Assembly (NCBI GenBank): GCA_002410925.1
Contig: DHPR01000013.1
Location: forward strand, 1-64,000
From: a bacterium UBP13_UBA5359
GTDB taxonomy: Bacteria; UBP13; UBA5359
Direction of reading: 5' to 3'
DNA: 64,000 nucleotides
Shown: piece by piece, positions 50,624-59,345 of the stretch
Layout: each line of letters begins with the position of its first letter
Position numbering within the stretch: the first letter of the stretch is position 1
The notes under the pieces: generated by a model
Databases searched by the model: none
What the model saw: the letters and a program-made list of their open reading frames with translations, nothing else
Told to the model about the DNA's origin: nothing
Program-made: the position numbers and the translations under genes

Positions 50624-50648
50624 GTTTTTATATCTGCGTAACGGGTAT
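50624..50648 (+). promoter_or_regulatory. SigB-type promoter
   Basis: GTTTTT-13 nt-GGGTAT upstream of the PilZ-like and P-ATPase genes. Confidence 0.4.
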
Positions 50649-50677
50649 AAATAATTACATAGCTGAATATTAATGAG

Positions 50678-51097
50678 GTGATAATGATGCCGCTACCGGA
50701 TGGCGTATGTGCATTGCTGGCACGCATAGGATGTGAACCCAGGCGGAAGGAAGCTCGAAAAAAAGTCGGCAGCCTGCTTGCCAGCTATCGTCAGATAGAT
50801 ATTGCCAATCAGAGCCTTGATATGGATAGCAAAAATGCCGAAGTGGTGGAGCTGGGCATGAAAGGAATGAAAGTTGTTGTCGGACCGGAGATAAAAACGG
50901 GAGACTGGCTTGAACTCAGTCTCAATCTGCCTATGCATGTTGTTCCATTAATGCTGACAGTCGAGGTAATACATTTACATCATCTGCCGGGACAAAGCAA
51001 GCGCGGCATTGCCGGTATCAAGGTTCTGGAGAGCAGTAGCAGCGTATCAGAGAAGATCGGCGCCTTTTTGACGCAAGCATCTCGTAACAAAGGCTGA
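50678..51097 (+). CDS. PilZ-like domain protein
   Basis: RRKEAR (RxxxR) switch, beta-barrel pattern GMKV...GDWLELSLNLP...EVIH...AGIK; the D/NxSxxG motif is degenerate. Confidence 0.6.
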   Translation: MIMMPLPDGVCALLARIGCEPRRKEARKKVGSLLASYRQIDIANQSLDMDSKNAEVVELGMKGMKVVVGPEIKTGDWLELSLNLPMHVVPLMLTVEVIHLHHLPGQSKRGIAGIKVLESSSSVSEKIGAFLTQASRNKG

Positions 51098-51099
51098 CA

Positions 51100-53766
51100 A
51101 TGACAAATTGGCATTCCCTGCCGGCTAAGGAAGCAGCCGGTATTTTGGATACCGATCTTCAGGTCGGTCTCAGCCCGGATGAAGCATGCAGGCGGCTTGG
51201 TCGATATGGAGCCAACGAGCTAGAGCGCCGTCGTTCCAAGTCCGTTTTAACCATCCTTTTGCAACAATTTATGAGTCCCCTGATTTATATTCTTTTTGTC
51301 GCCGCAATAATTTCGCTGGCGCTTGGGCATATTATCGATGCAGAGGTAATTCTCTTTGTGGTACTGGCAAATGCTTTGATAGGAACTTTTCAGGAAGGCA
51401 AAGCGGTCAAGGCCATTGAGAGCCTGCGGCAACTTGCATCGCCGGAAGCTACGGTTATCAGGGGCGGAGAGCGCCGAAGGATCAGTGCGTCAAATTTGGT
51501 ACCGGGTGATCTTTTAGAAATTACGGCCGGCGACAAGATACCCGCGGATGTCAGGTTGATCGATACCGTCGGATTGAAAGTGAACGAATCGGCTTTAACC
51601 GGAGAATCGGATGCCGCAGATAAATTCAATCTTACCCTGCTGCAAGAGATAACTCTGGCGGATAGAGATAACATGGCTTATGCCGGTACGGTGGCTCTGG
51701 AAGGGCATGGCCGGGGATTGGTTACGGAAACCGGCATGAGAACCGAAGTAGGGCATATAGCAGCTCGTATAACGGGTGAAGAGCAGGTAAAGACCCCTTT
51801 ACAACGGCGCATAGCAGCCTTTGGCAATCTGCTTGTTCTGGCTGTTCCCAGCATAGGACTGCTAATAATAATTGCGGGTGTTCTTCGTGGCTTCCGGCTT
51901 CTCGAGATCTTTCTTGTTGCTGTCAGTCTGACCGTTTCCGCCATCCCTGAGGGGTTACCCGCAGTGATAACGGTTATCCTGGCCATGGGCATGAGACGAA
52001 TGGCAGAGCGTAAGGCGGTGGTACGCAAGCTTACGGCCGTTGAAGCACTGGGTACGACTACGGTAATTTGCAGTGACAAGACAGGAACGCTCACCAGAAA
52101 TGAGATGACTGTAACAGAGCTCTATACAGGCATAGTTCTGGATGTTACCGGCGCCGGCTATTCTACTGCCGGAGAGTTCATTTACAACGGGTATGCGGCT
52201 GATCTTGGAGAGAACATCTTCTTGCTTTTAAAGACGGCGGTACTGGCAAATGATGCTGAATTGAAGGCTGGCAGCGTTATCGGTGATCCTACTGAAGGCG
52301 CACTTCTGGTAGTATCCATCAAAGCCGGTGCGTTGCCCGGGGAGGTGCGTTCTTATAATCCCAGGATTGATGAGATACCTTTTAGTGCTGAACGGCGTTA
52401 TATGGCTACCTTAAATGATGATCTCATGGGCGGCAGATATATTTACGCCAAAGGATCCCCGGAGAGTGTGCTCTCTTTGTGCAACCATTTTATCGATCTG
52501 AACGGCAAAATCAAACCATTGAACAAAGCAGCTGAAAATAATTTTCTGAAACAGGCTGCCGATATGGCAGGCAGGGCATTACGGGTTCTGGGCTTTGCTT
52601 TTTCAGCGGCAGACGCAGACCAGGAAGCCATTGGAGATGAAATAAGCGGCCTGGTCTTTATAGGACTGGTAGGAATGATAGACCCGCCTCGGCCGGAGGC
52701 GATAGAGGCTGTTTCTATTGTCAGGCAGGCCGGTATCAGAGCGATCATGATAACCGGCGACCATAAGCTTACTGCTATGTCCATTGCCAGGCAGCTGGGA
52801 ATATATGATGAAGGCGATCTGGTGCTGGGAGGCCATGAGCTGGAGGAACTGACTGATGAATATCTGGAGAAAAAAGTCGGCGCCATATCTGTTTATGCCA
52901 GAGTCAGCCCGCTACAAAAGCTAAGAATAGTAAAGGCATGGCAGAAAAACGGAGCCGTTGTGGCCATGACCGGAGATGGCGTTAACGATGCTCCGGCCAT
53001 AAACAGAGCGGATATAGGCATAGCTATGGGTATCACAGGCACGGATGTAGCTAAGGAGGCCGCCAAAATAGTATTGCTGGACGATAATTTTGCTACCATA
53101 GAGGCCGCTGTGGAAGAAGGGCGCACTATATATACCAACCTTAAAAAGGTTATTCTTTATCTCTTCTCAACCAATCTGGGAGAGGTTGTAACCGTACTGG
53201 CCTCTGTATTGGCCGGATTGCCTTTGCCGCTGCTACCGGTCCAGATATTATGGATTAATCTGGCAACAGATGGCGTAGCAGTCATTCCACTTGGCCTGGA
53301 GCCGATGGAGAGGGGGGTGATGAAAGAGCCCCCGCGTGACCCTGAAGAAGGCCTTCTCACGGCTGAGATGCTGATTTTTATTATCTCCGTATCTCTGATA
53401 ATGGCCGCAGGCACCCTTCTGCTCTTCCATTCATATGCTTCAGGAGAAGATTTTGTCAGAGCCAGAACCGTAGCCTTTACAGCCATGGTAACATTCCAAC
53501 TTTTCAATGCCTTTAGCTGTAAATCGGTAAAAGAATCGGTCGTCAATCGTAATCTGCTGAACAACCGCTTCCTTATAGGGGCGGTTCTATTTGGTTTTAT
53601 CTTACAAATGGGCGCTCTTTATCTACCATTTGGCAACCGTATTTTCAAAACGGTACCGCTGGATGCACCGACTTTTTTGCTGACCATAGGCATTACCGCC
53701 TTGATAATTCCGGCGCTGGAAATTATCAAGCTATTATTTTTAAGAGAACAGCAGAGAGCTACATAA
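51100..53766 (+). CDS. P-type cation-transporting ATPase (type IIA, Ca2+-like)
   Basis: TGES, IPEGL, DKTGT, GDPTEGAL, KGSPE, MITGD, GDGVND, QILWINL.TD. Confidence 0.95.
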   Translation: MTNWHSLPAKEAAGILDTDLQVGLSPDEACRRLGRYGANELERRRSKSVLTILLQQFMSPLIYILFVAAIISLALGHIIDAEVILFVVLANALIGTFQEGKAVKAIESLRQLASPEATVIRGGERRRISASNLVPGDLLEITAGDKIPADVRLIDTVGLKVNESALTGESDAADKFNLTLLQEITLADRDNMAYAGTVALEGHGRGLVTETGMRTEVGHIAARITGEEQVKTPLQRRIAAFGNLLVLAVPSIGLLIIIAGVLRGFRLLEIFLVAVSLTVSAIPEGLPAVITVILAMGMRRMAERKAVVRKLTAVEALGTTTVICSDKTGTLTRNEMTVTELYTGIVLDVTGAGYSTAGEFIYNGYAADLGENIFLLLKTAVLANDAELKAGSVIGDPTEGALLVVSIKAGALPGEVRSYNPRIDEIPFSAERRYMATLNDDLMGGRYIYAKGSPESVLSLCNHFIDLNGKIKPLNKAAENNFLKQAADMAGRALRVLGFAFSAADADQEAIGDEISGLVFIGLVGMIDPPRPEAIEAVSIVRQAGIRAIMITGDHKLTAMSIARQLGIYDEGDLVLGGHELEELTDEYLEKKVGAISVYARVSPLQKLRIVKAWQKNGAVVAMTGDGVNDAPAINRADIGIAMGITGTDVAKEAAKIVLLDDNFATIEAAVEEGRTIYTNLKKVILYLFSTNLGEVVTVLASVLAGLPLPLLPVQILWINLATDGVAVIPLGLEPMERGVMKEPPRDPEEGLLTAEMLIFIISVSLIMAAGTLLLFHSYASGEDFVRARTVAFTAMVTFQLFNAFSCKSVKESVVNRNLLNNRFLIGAVLFGFILQMGALYLPFGNRIFKTVPLDAPTFLLTIGITALIIPALEIIKLLFLREQQRAT

Positions 53767-53780
53767 TCAGGAAGAGCCGC

Positions 53781-54125
53781 TTATTCAATGGTGCAAATAG
53801 CGCCAGGCCGCTTTATTTACAAAGTGACCGTTTCCATTGCCCTGAAAATATGCTTCATATACTCTGCCGCCAGATAGACCGTTGTTATATCCTGTCCTAC
53901 GGCTAGGTCCGGATTTTCAGCACCCAGAGATATAACGGCTGCTTTATCCTTCGCAGCCGGTGAAGGATAAATGGCGCCGCCGAGAAGACTCTTGAGCTGC
54001 TCTGTTTCAAGGACACCCGTATTATCCTAAAGCTTATGCGCCTGTCCAAAAAGACCCGGGCTCAATACCAGAGAATAAGGTTGAGAGCGGCCCGTATCTG
54101 CAGGAGCCGATATCGCGGCGACAAT
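53781..54125 (-). pseudogene. Family 1 encapsulin shell protein, C-terminal half, with two nonsense codons
   Basis: IVAAISAPADTGRSQPYSLVLSPGLFGQAHKL*DNTGVLETEQLKSLLGGAIYPSP...ENPDLAVGQDITTVYLAAEYMKHIFRAMETVTL*IKRPGAICTIE*; stops at 54029-27 and 53819-17. Confidence 0.85.
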
Positions 54126-54200
54126 CTGCCTGCAGTCATGGCCCCGGTTCCGGAGCCTGCTCTTCATCACTATTTGAAATATTCCCTTGCATGGCGAGAT

Positions 54201-54506
54201 CTATATATCTATTCCCGCCGCGCTTAGAATCTCGCTTATATCGCTATCCCTATCCGCCATCTTGGCAGCCTGAATAGGATCAAGCATCTCCAACAGTTTC
54301 ATAAACTCCGCTACGTGCTCTTTTTCCTCATCCCGAATATGTGCCAGCACAGCTTTAGCGCGCTCATCATCAGTGGCGTCAATGTGCGCCTGGTAGAGTG
54401 CTGCGGCATCGAGTTCAGCAGCAATATCCTGAGATATTGCTCTGGCCAGTTCATTCTTTTCCATCTTTCTTGCTACCAAGGTGCCAAAAGGATTGCTCAA
54501 GTCCAT
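54201..54506 (-). CDS. Encapsulin-associated ferritin-like protein (C-terminal linker and targeting peptide frameshifted)
   Basis: AAELDAAALYQAH...LAHIRDEEKEHVAEF ferroxidase half-site. Confidence 0.85.
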   Translation of the reverse strand: MDLSNPFGTLVARKMEKNELARAISQDIAAELDAAALYQAHIDATDDERAKAVLAHIRDEEKEHVAEFMKLLEMLDPIQAAKMADRDSDISEILSAAGIDI

Positions 54507-54533
54507 AGAGGTTAATCTCCCTTCATTTAATCA

Positions 54534-55574
54534 TTATTTTACTGCTTGAGTCGGTTTGATAACATTGCAAGGGTTGCCTGCAAAAAAGCAATTAATATTA
54601 TCGACAGTAGTATCGAGTATTCTTTTCAGCGCCTCCCTGCTGTAAAAGCCTATATGCGGGGTCATGACCACGTTACCCCGATGAAGGAGAGCGATGTTGG
54701 TTACCAGGACCTGCAGATCCTCGCGAGTCATCTGCCGGTCTATGACTTGCCACTCTTCCCGGATAGCCCTTTCTCCCTCATAAACATCCAGGCCGGCCCC
54801 AGCGATCGTTCCATTCTCCATAGCTTCGGCCAGGGCCTCTGTCTCCACCAGGCTGCCCCGGGCTGTATTTATCAATATGGCGCCGGGTTTGATCTGTTTG
54901 ATGGTATCCTTATTTATCATATGATAGGTGCTCTTGACCAGAGGAACATGCAGCGTAATTATGTCAGATTGTCCAAGCAATTCCGTTAGCGGTATATAAC
55001 GAAAGCCGAGCACTTCAGCAATAAGTTCATCAGGGCGGATATCATAGGCCAGGACATTCATGCCGAATCCTTTGGCAATGCGGATAACACGCAGACCTAT
55101 GTGGCCTATGCCTACCACCCCGATAGTTTTTCCCTGTAGATCAAAGCCCTGCAAACCCTTGGAGGAGAAATCCAGCTTGCTGACACGTTCTTCTGCAGAA
55201 ATGATCTTGCGTGACAGAGCCAGCAGCAGTGCAAAAGTATGTTCGGCTACAGTATTCTCGCCGTAGGCAGGAACATTGCAAACAGTGATTCCTCTGCTTT
55301 CGGCTGCTTCCAAATCTATATGGTCGACACCCGTTGATAAAGTGGCTATCAGTTTCAATTTCGGCATAGAGTCCATAACGGCCGCGGTTATTTCAGAATA
55401 GATAAATACTCCCATAACATTACTATCGATATAGCCCTCAGCCGGCACATCAGCAATGGTATCGAGAAAGAACAACAGGTCATAATCTTTCCCCAGGCAT
55501 GATTTCAGATATTCGACCTCTCTCTCTTCCACCTCAAAGAAGGCGACTTTTTGCTTTATTTGCTCTTTTTGCAT
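54534..55574 (-). CDS. D-isomer-specific 2-hydroxyacid dehydrogenase (D-lactate DH-like)
   Basis: TGVDHID, NVPAYG..VAEH, GIGHIG, LHVPL, INTARG, AGLDVYEGE, TPHIGF. Confidence 0.9.
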   Translation of the reverse strand: MQKEQIKQKVAFFEVEEREVEYLKSCLGKDYDLLFFLDTIADVPAEGYIDSNVMGVFIYSEITAAVMDSMPKLKLIATLSTGVDHIDLEAAESRGITVCNVPAYGENTVAEHTFALLLALSRKIISAEERVSKLDFSSKGLQGFDLQGKTIGVVGIGHIGLRVIRIAKGFGMNVLAYDIRPDELIAEVLGFRYIPLTELLGQSDIITLHVPLVKSTYHMINKDTIKQIKPGAILINTARGSLVETEALAEAMENGTIAGAGLDVYEGERAIREEWQVIDRQMTREDLQVLVTNIALLHRGNVVMTPHIGFYSREALKRILDTTVDNINCFFAGNPCNVIKPTQAVK

Positions 55575-55640
55575 CTCTCTACCCTCTGTAACCGGAAGAC
55601 CTTTCTATGGCCTTCCAATGGATCTCAACCTCAACCAACC

Positions 55641-55698
55641 CCACAAACGAGCTTAAATACTGAACAACCGCCCCCAACTCTCCTGACTCCTGTCTCCT
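55641..55698. repeat. Copy of the dispersed intergenic repeat
   Basis: CAAACGAGCTTAAATACTGAACAACCGCCC matches 38207-38236 at 26/30, followed by CTCCTGA CTCCTGT CTCCT. Confidence 0.7.
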
Positions 55699-55708
55699 TA
55701 CGAGCTAA

Positions 55709-55734
55709 TTACCCGCAAAAAGTATATCGTAAAC
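55709..55734 (-). promoter_or_regulatory. SigB-type promoter for the dehydrogenase-ferritin-encapsulin operon
   Basis: Minus strand GTTTAC-14 nt-GGGTAA. Confidence 0.6.
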
Positions 55735-55744
55735 GAATTTGCCC

Positions 55745-55770
55745 GTTTGATTTGTAATTTACCGGGGAAA
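55745..55770 (+). promoter_or_regulatory. SigB-type promoter for the small Cys-rich gene
   Basis: GTTTGA-14 nt-GGGAAA. Confidence 0.6.
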
Positions 55771-55817
55771 AACATTCTTGATGCGGCAAGCCGACCCAAA
55801 TACAGGAGGTGATTGCG

Positions 55818-55970
55818 ATGGCAGAAGAGAGAGAGGGAAAGGTAACCTGGTGCAGTGCTGTTGATTGCGGTTATAATGAGGATATGAAATGCGTTGCAGA
55901 TGGCGTGGCGGTCAATATGCATGTGGATCATGCAGATTGCGAGACCTATACCGAGAATACTCATATGTGA
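55818..55970 (+). CDS. Small Cys4 protein, DUF1540-like (50 aa; absent from the ORF track)
   Basis: AGGAGGTG SD; MAEEREGKVTWCSAVDCGYNEDMKCVADGVAVNMHVDHADCETYTENTHM, pattern C-x4-C-x-YN-x4-C-x-A...A-x-C-x-T-Y. Confidence 0.8.
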   Translation: MAEEREGKVTWCSAVDCGYNEDMKCVADGVAVNMHVDHADCETYTENTHM

Positions 55971-56110
55971 CCGTGGGGAACCTCCGGTAAGCTTGTATCG
56001 TCTAATCAGTAATATGGAATGATTTTGTGATGGAGATACAGAGGGAGAAAGAATCCGGTTGCGGAGGGTATGAAGCTTGAAATTATGCATTGAAGAGGGG
56101 GGCGATATAC

Positions 56111-56563
56111 TTGATAAGGCGATACATGGCGACATTTCTGGTTGCCGGCATAGCTGTTGTATTGATGATAGGAGGTATGGCCTCAGCCGATAAAGAGGGC
56201 ATGAGAACGGTAAGCAAGGGAAATTACTGCGCGATAGAGAAGAGAGAGCAACAGGTTATAAACAATGAGGCTGATTGGAATGCGCTGTGGGAAAGAATGA
56301 ATGCCGGCGTACTTCCTGTGCCGGAGCGCCCGGCGGTAAGCTTTGAGAAGGAGACGTTAATCGCTGTTTTTACAGGAGTACATAACTCAGGAGGATATAG
56401 TATCGAAATCACAGGAATGGAAAGCAGGGAGGCATTGACGACAATCGGCATCAGGGAAAAAACGCCTGCGGCAGATATGATGGTTTCCATGTCATTGACC
56501 AGTCCATATCATATAGTTGCTTTGCCCAAGCTCAGCGGGAAAATAGAGTTCAAGAAAAGCTGA
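56111..56563 (+). CDS. PrcB C-terminal domain protein, secreted
   Basis: Signal peptide; W..LW, PAVSFEKE.LIAVF.G...SGGYSIEI, SMSLTSPYHIVAL; TTG 56111 follows GAGGGGG. Confidence 0.8.
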   Translation: MIRRYMATFLVAGIAVVLMIGGMASADKEGMRTVSKGNYCAIEKREQQVINNEADWNALWERMNAGVLPVPERPAVSFEKETLIAVFTGVHNSGGYSIEITGMESREALTTIGIREKTPAADMMVSMSLTSPYHIVALPKLSGKIEFKKS

Positions 56564-56641
56564 TTTGATGCCGGCAGTGAAGAGAAGTTGGCTGATATTT
56601 TGTAGTAGCCATGGTATATCAATCCTCTAAGGAGGTTAGCC

Positions 56642-59278
56642 ATGGCTACTTTATTTAGGAAAAAAGATGCCAAAAAGCCGAGTTTATTACTTAAAATTCC
56701 CAACGTTTTCTTTTTATATATAATCCCGCTGCTTTTAGTTATACCGGGTATCTCGGGAGCGGAAATACCTGAGGATCGGGCTGAGATCAGGCGCAACTCG
56801 GAAAAGAGATATATAGAGGGCGAGGTTCTTATCAAGCTTAAAGGAGGTGGCGATCAAGCGATAAATGCGCTTAGCCGTCGTTATCGGGTATCTTCATCCT
56901 CCTCATCCAGGCAGGTAGGGCTGCATCGCGTCAAATTGACAGATGGCCTGAGTGTGCCCAAAGCAATCAAATTATTATCCAAAGATCCATCAGTGGAGTA
57001 TGCCGAGCCTAATTATGTGGCTCGAATATTCTCTGTTCCCAACGATACTTATTACAATTCCCAATGGTCCTTGCAAAACATAAAAGCCTCCAGGGGTTGG
57101 GATATCAGCGTCGGCAGCGTTGATATTAAAGTAGGCGTGGTTGATACCGGCGTACAGTATGATCACCCAGACCTGAAGGGACAGGTAATAAATGGTTATA
57201 ATTTTATCAATGAGAACAATCAGCCAATGGATGATCATGGCCACGGCACACATGTGGCCGGTATCATCGCCGCAGCTACCAATAACAATCTCGGTATTGC
57301 AGGGATAAACTGGAAGTGTAGCATAATTCCCGTCAAAGCACTTGATAGCGGAGGAGCCGGCAGCTACGAGAACATTATCAGAGGCGTAACTTATGCTGTA
57401 GATAATGGCGCCAGAGTTATAAATATGAGTCTTGGAGGGTATGCCTATTCTCAGGCACTCAAAGATGCCGTGGATTATGCTCTGAAGAGAAACTGTCTTG
57501 TAGTGGCGGCAGCCGGCAATGAATCCACCAGCCAGGTAAGCTATCCTGCCGGTTTCCCGGGCGTGATTGCCGTAGCCTCCACAGATCAATCGGATAATCG
57601 CTCCTATTTCTCCAATTATGGGCCTTATATCTCAGTGGCTGCGCCAGGCCAATCCATACTAAGCACCTTTATCGGTGGAGAATACAGGTATCTTTCAGGA
57701 ACATCCATGTCCACTCCGCATGTTGCCGGATTAGCAGCCCTGCTGCTATCCAGGAGTCCTTATCTGTCGCCGGCAGAGATCAAAGCCGTTATCGAGCAGA
57801 CGGCTGATGACCTCGGCACTCCCGGTCGTGATAATTTCTATGGCAGCGGGCGCATCAACATTACTAAGGCGCTGGAGGCTCTATCCATACCCGGAGATTT
57901 GTCACTGAGGTCTGTCATGCCGGATCAGGCTGTCCAGGATTCCTCTATCTATATCGAAGTGACCGGCAGCGGTTTTACCAACGCTGTTACGCTTTATTTG
58001 CTTTATGAAGATAAGCGGCTGGCTGCCAGTGATATAATCGTGTCAAGCCCCTTGAAGATGACAGCCAGGTTGAATTTAAAGGGTATCCCCACAGGCACCT
58101 GGGCATTGGAGGCAGTAGATGGTGCTAGCGGGAAGAGAGCAACACTGGCTGGGGCTTTGACCATCAGGAAAGATATGTCAATGGCGCCATCCGCCTGGCC
58201 GACAGAGAGTGGAGACAGATACAGACGCAACAGCACGGCCGCTTTCGCTGTTAACGGTAATCAGGCGGTTACGGTATACATTACTAACCTTCTTATGACC
58301 GAGCCTGTTATAGATATCGACGGTACCATATACATAACGCAGAGCGACAGGACGATTGCAGCTTTAGATTGCGACGGCAGGCTGAAATGGCGGAGCAATC
58401 TGGGTGCCCGGCCGTCAGGAACCCCCAGCATATCTGCCGGAGGGCTTATTTACGTTGGTACGGAGGATGGGCGGCTTCACGCCTTCAGTCGCAGCGGTGA
58501 TAAGATCTGGGCGACGAAGATTATTTCATATTCCGAAGATCTCTTCCCGCCGCAGCCGGTTGGAACAGCGCCCGGCATAGGTACCGACGGCACAATCTAT
58601 CTCGGTTCCGACGACTGGCATATTTACTGTCTCTCTTCGGATGGGAAGCCGCAATGGAGCTATCTTACCGGAGGTAAGGTCCGTTCATCTCCAGCTGTGG
58701 CTACGGATGGTACAATATACATAGGCTCTTCTGACTGGGGGCTATACGCCCTGCACCCGGACGGAACTTCTGTCTGGAAGACCAGCGTTTTGGGTTTTGA
58801 AATAGATGCGGCATATTTCACTTATGGACCTATATATGCCTCTCCCGTGCTTGGAGCAAATAGCATAATCTATCTGGCCTCATCCGACGGCTATATATAT
58901 GCTGTGGCACCCGATGGAGAGACTATCTGGGAAGATACGCTGGATGAACCTATTGTGGTGACGCCGGCACTGGATAGTAAAGGCAGGCTCTACGTGGCCA
59001 CCGCCAAAGGCAGCGTGACCGCCTTTAATCAGAGAGGAGAGAAGACCTGGCAGATCAAGCTGGGAGATGGAGAACTGGCATCCCCGGTTGTTACCGCTGA
59101 TAGTATACTCTATGCAGCAGATAGAAGAGGGATCATTTATGCACTTGCAGCGGAAACCGGAAAGTTATTGTGGAGAGAAACGCTATCGTCTTCACTGATA
59201 GGAAAAGGCCCCGCTGTAAATAATGACGGAGCCCTTTTGGCCGCTACGCTGAAAGGCCTCGTAAAAATCCCCAAATAA
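56642..59278 (+). CDS. Thermitase-like S8 serine peptidase with prodomain, Ig-like linker and PQQ-type beta-propeller
   Basis: VEYAEPNY prodomain; DTG / HGTHVAG / AAAGN / GTSMSTPHVAG; repeated DGTIY.GS.D..(I/L)Y.L..DG...W. Confidence 0.92.
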   Translation: MATLFRKKDAKKPSLLLKIPNVFFLYIIPLLLVIPGISGAEIPEDRAEIRRNSEKRYIEGEVLIKLKGGGDQAINALSRRYRVSSSSSSRQVGLHRVKLTDGLSVPKAIKLLSKDPSVEYAEPNYVARIFSVPNDTYYNSQWSLQNIKASRGWDISVGSVDIKVGVVDTGVQYDHPDLKGQVINGYNFINENNQPMDDHGHGTHVAGIIAAATNNNLGIAGINWKCSIIPVKALDSGGAGSYENIIRGVTYAVDNGARVINMSLGGYAYSQALKDAVDYALKRNCLVVAAAGNESTSQVSYPAGFPGVIAVASTDQSDNRSYFSNYGPYISVAAPGQSILSTFIGGEYRYLSGTSMSTPHVAGLAALLLSRSPYLSPAEIKAVIEQTADDLGTPGRDNFYGSGRINITKALEALSIPGDLSLRSVMPDQAVQDSSIYIEVTGSGFTNAVTLYLLYEDKRLAASDIIVSSPLKMTARLNLKGIPTGTWALEAVDGASGKRATLAGALTIRKDMSMAPSAWPTESGDRYRRNSTAAFAVNGNQAVTVYITNLLMTEPVIDIDGTIYITQSDRTIAALDCDGRLKWRSNLGARPSGTPSISAGGLIYVGTEDGRLHAFSRSGDKIWATKIISYSEDLFPPQPVGTAPGIGTDGTIYLGSDDWHIYCLSSDGKPQWSYLTGGKVRSSPAVATDGTIYIGSSDWGLYALHPDGTSVWKTSVLGFEIDAAYFTYGPIYASPVLGANSIIYLASSDGYIYAVAPDGETIWEDTLDEPIVVTPALDSKGRLYVATAKGSVTAFNQRGEKTWQIKLGDGELASPVVTADSILYAADRRGIIYALAAETGKLLWRETLSSSLIGKGPAVNNDGALLAATLKGLVKIPK

Positions 59279-59283
59279 TCGGC

Positions 59284-59345
59284 CCGCAATCGCACTCGAA
59301 TCCCAAGCAACCGACCCCGACCCCAACCCCAACCTCCTGTCTCCT
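59284..59345. repeat. Copy of the dispersed intergenic repeat
   Basis: GCAATCGCACTCGAATCCCAAGCAACCGAC matches 38110-38139 at 29/30, followed by CCCCRA hexamers and CTCCTGT. Confidence 0.75.

Noticed and set aside
54036-54227. 63-aa plus-strand ORF
   Set aside because: It lies antisense to the encapsulin remnant, which explains the region better
55698-56135. 145-aa minus-strand ORF
   Set aside because: Overlaps the divergent promoters and the better-supported Cys4 small gene; no SD or motifs
56590-56604. Sigma54 promoter before the S8 protease (TGGCTGATATTTTGT)
   Set aside because: The -12 element is GT rather than GC and the -24 element is weak
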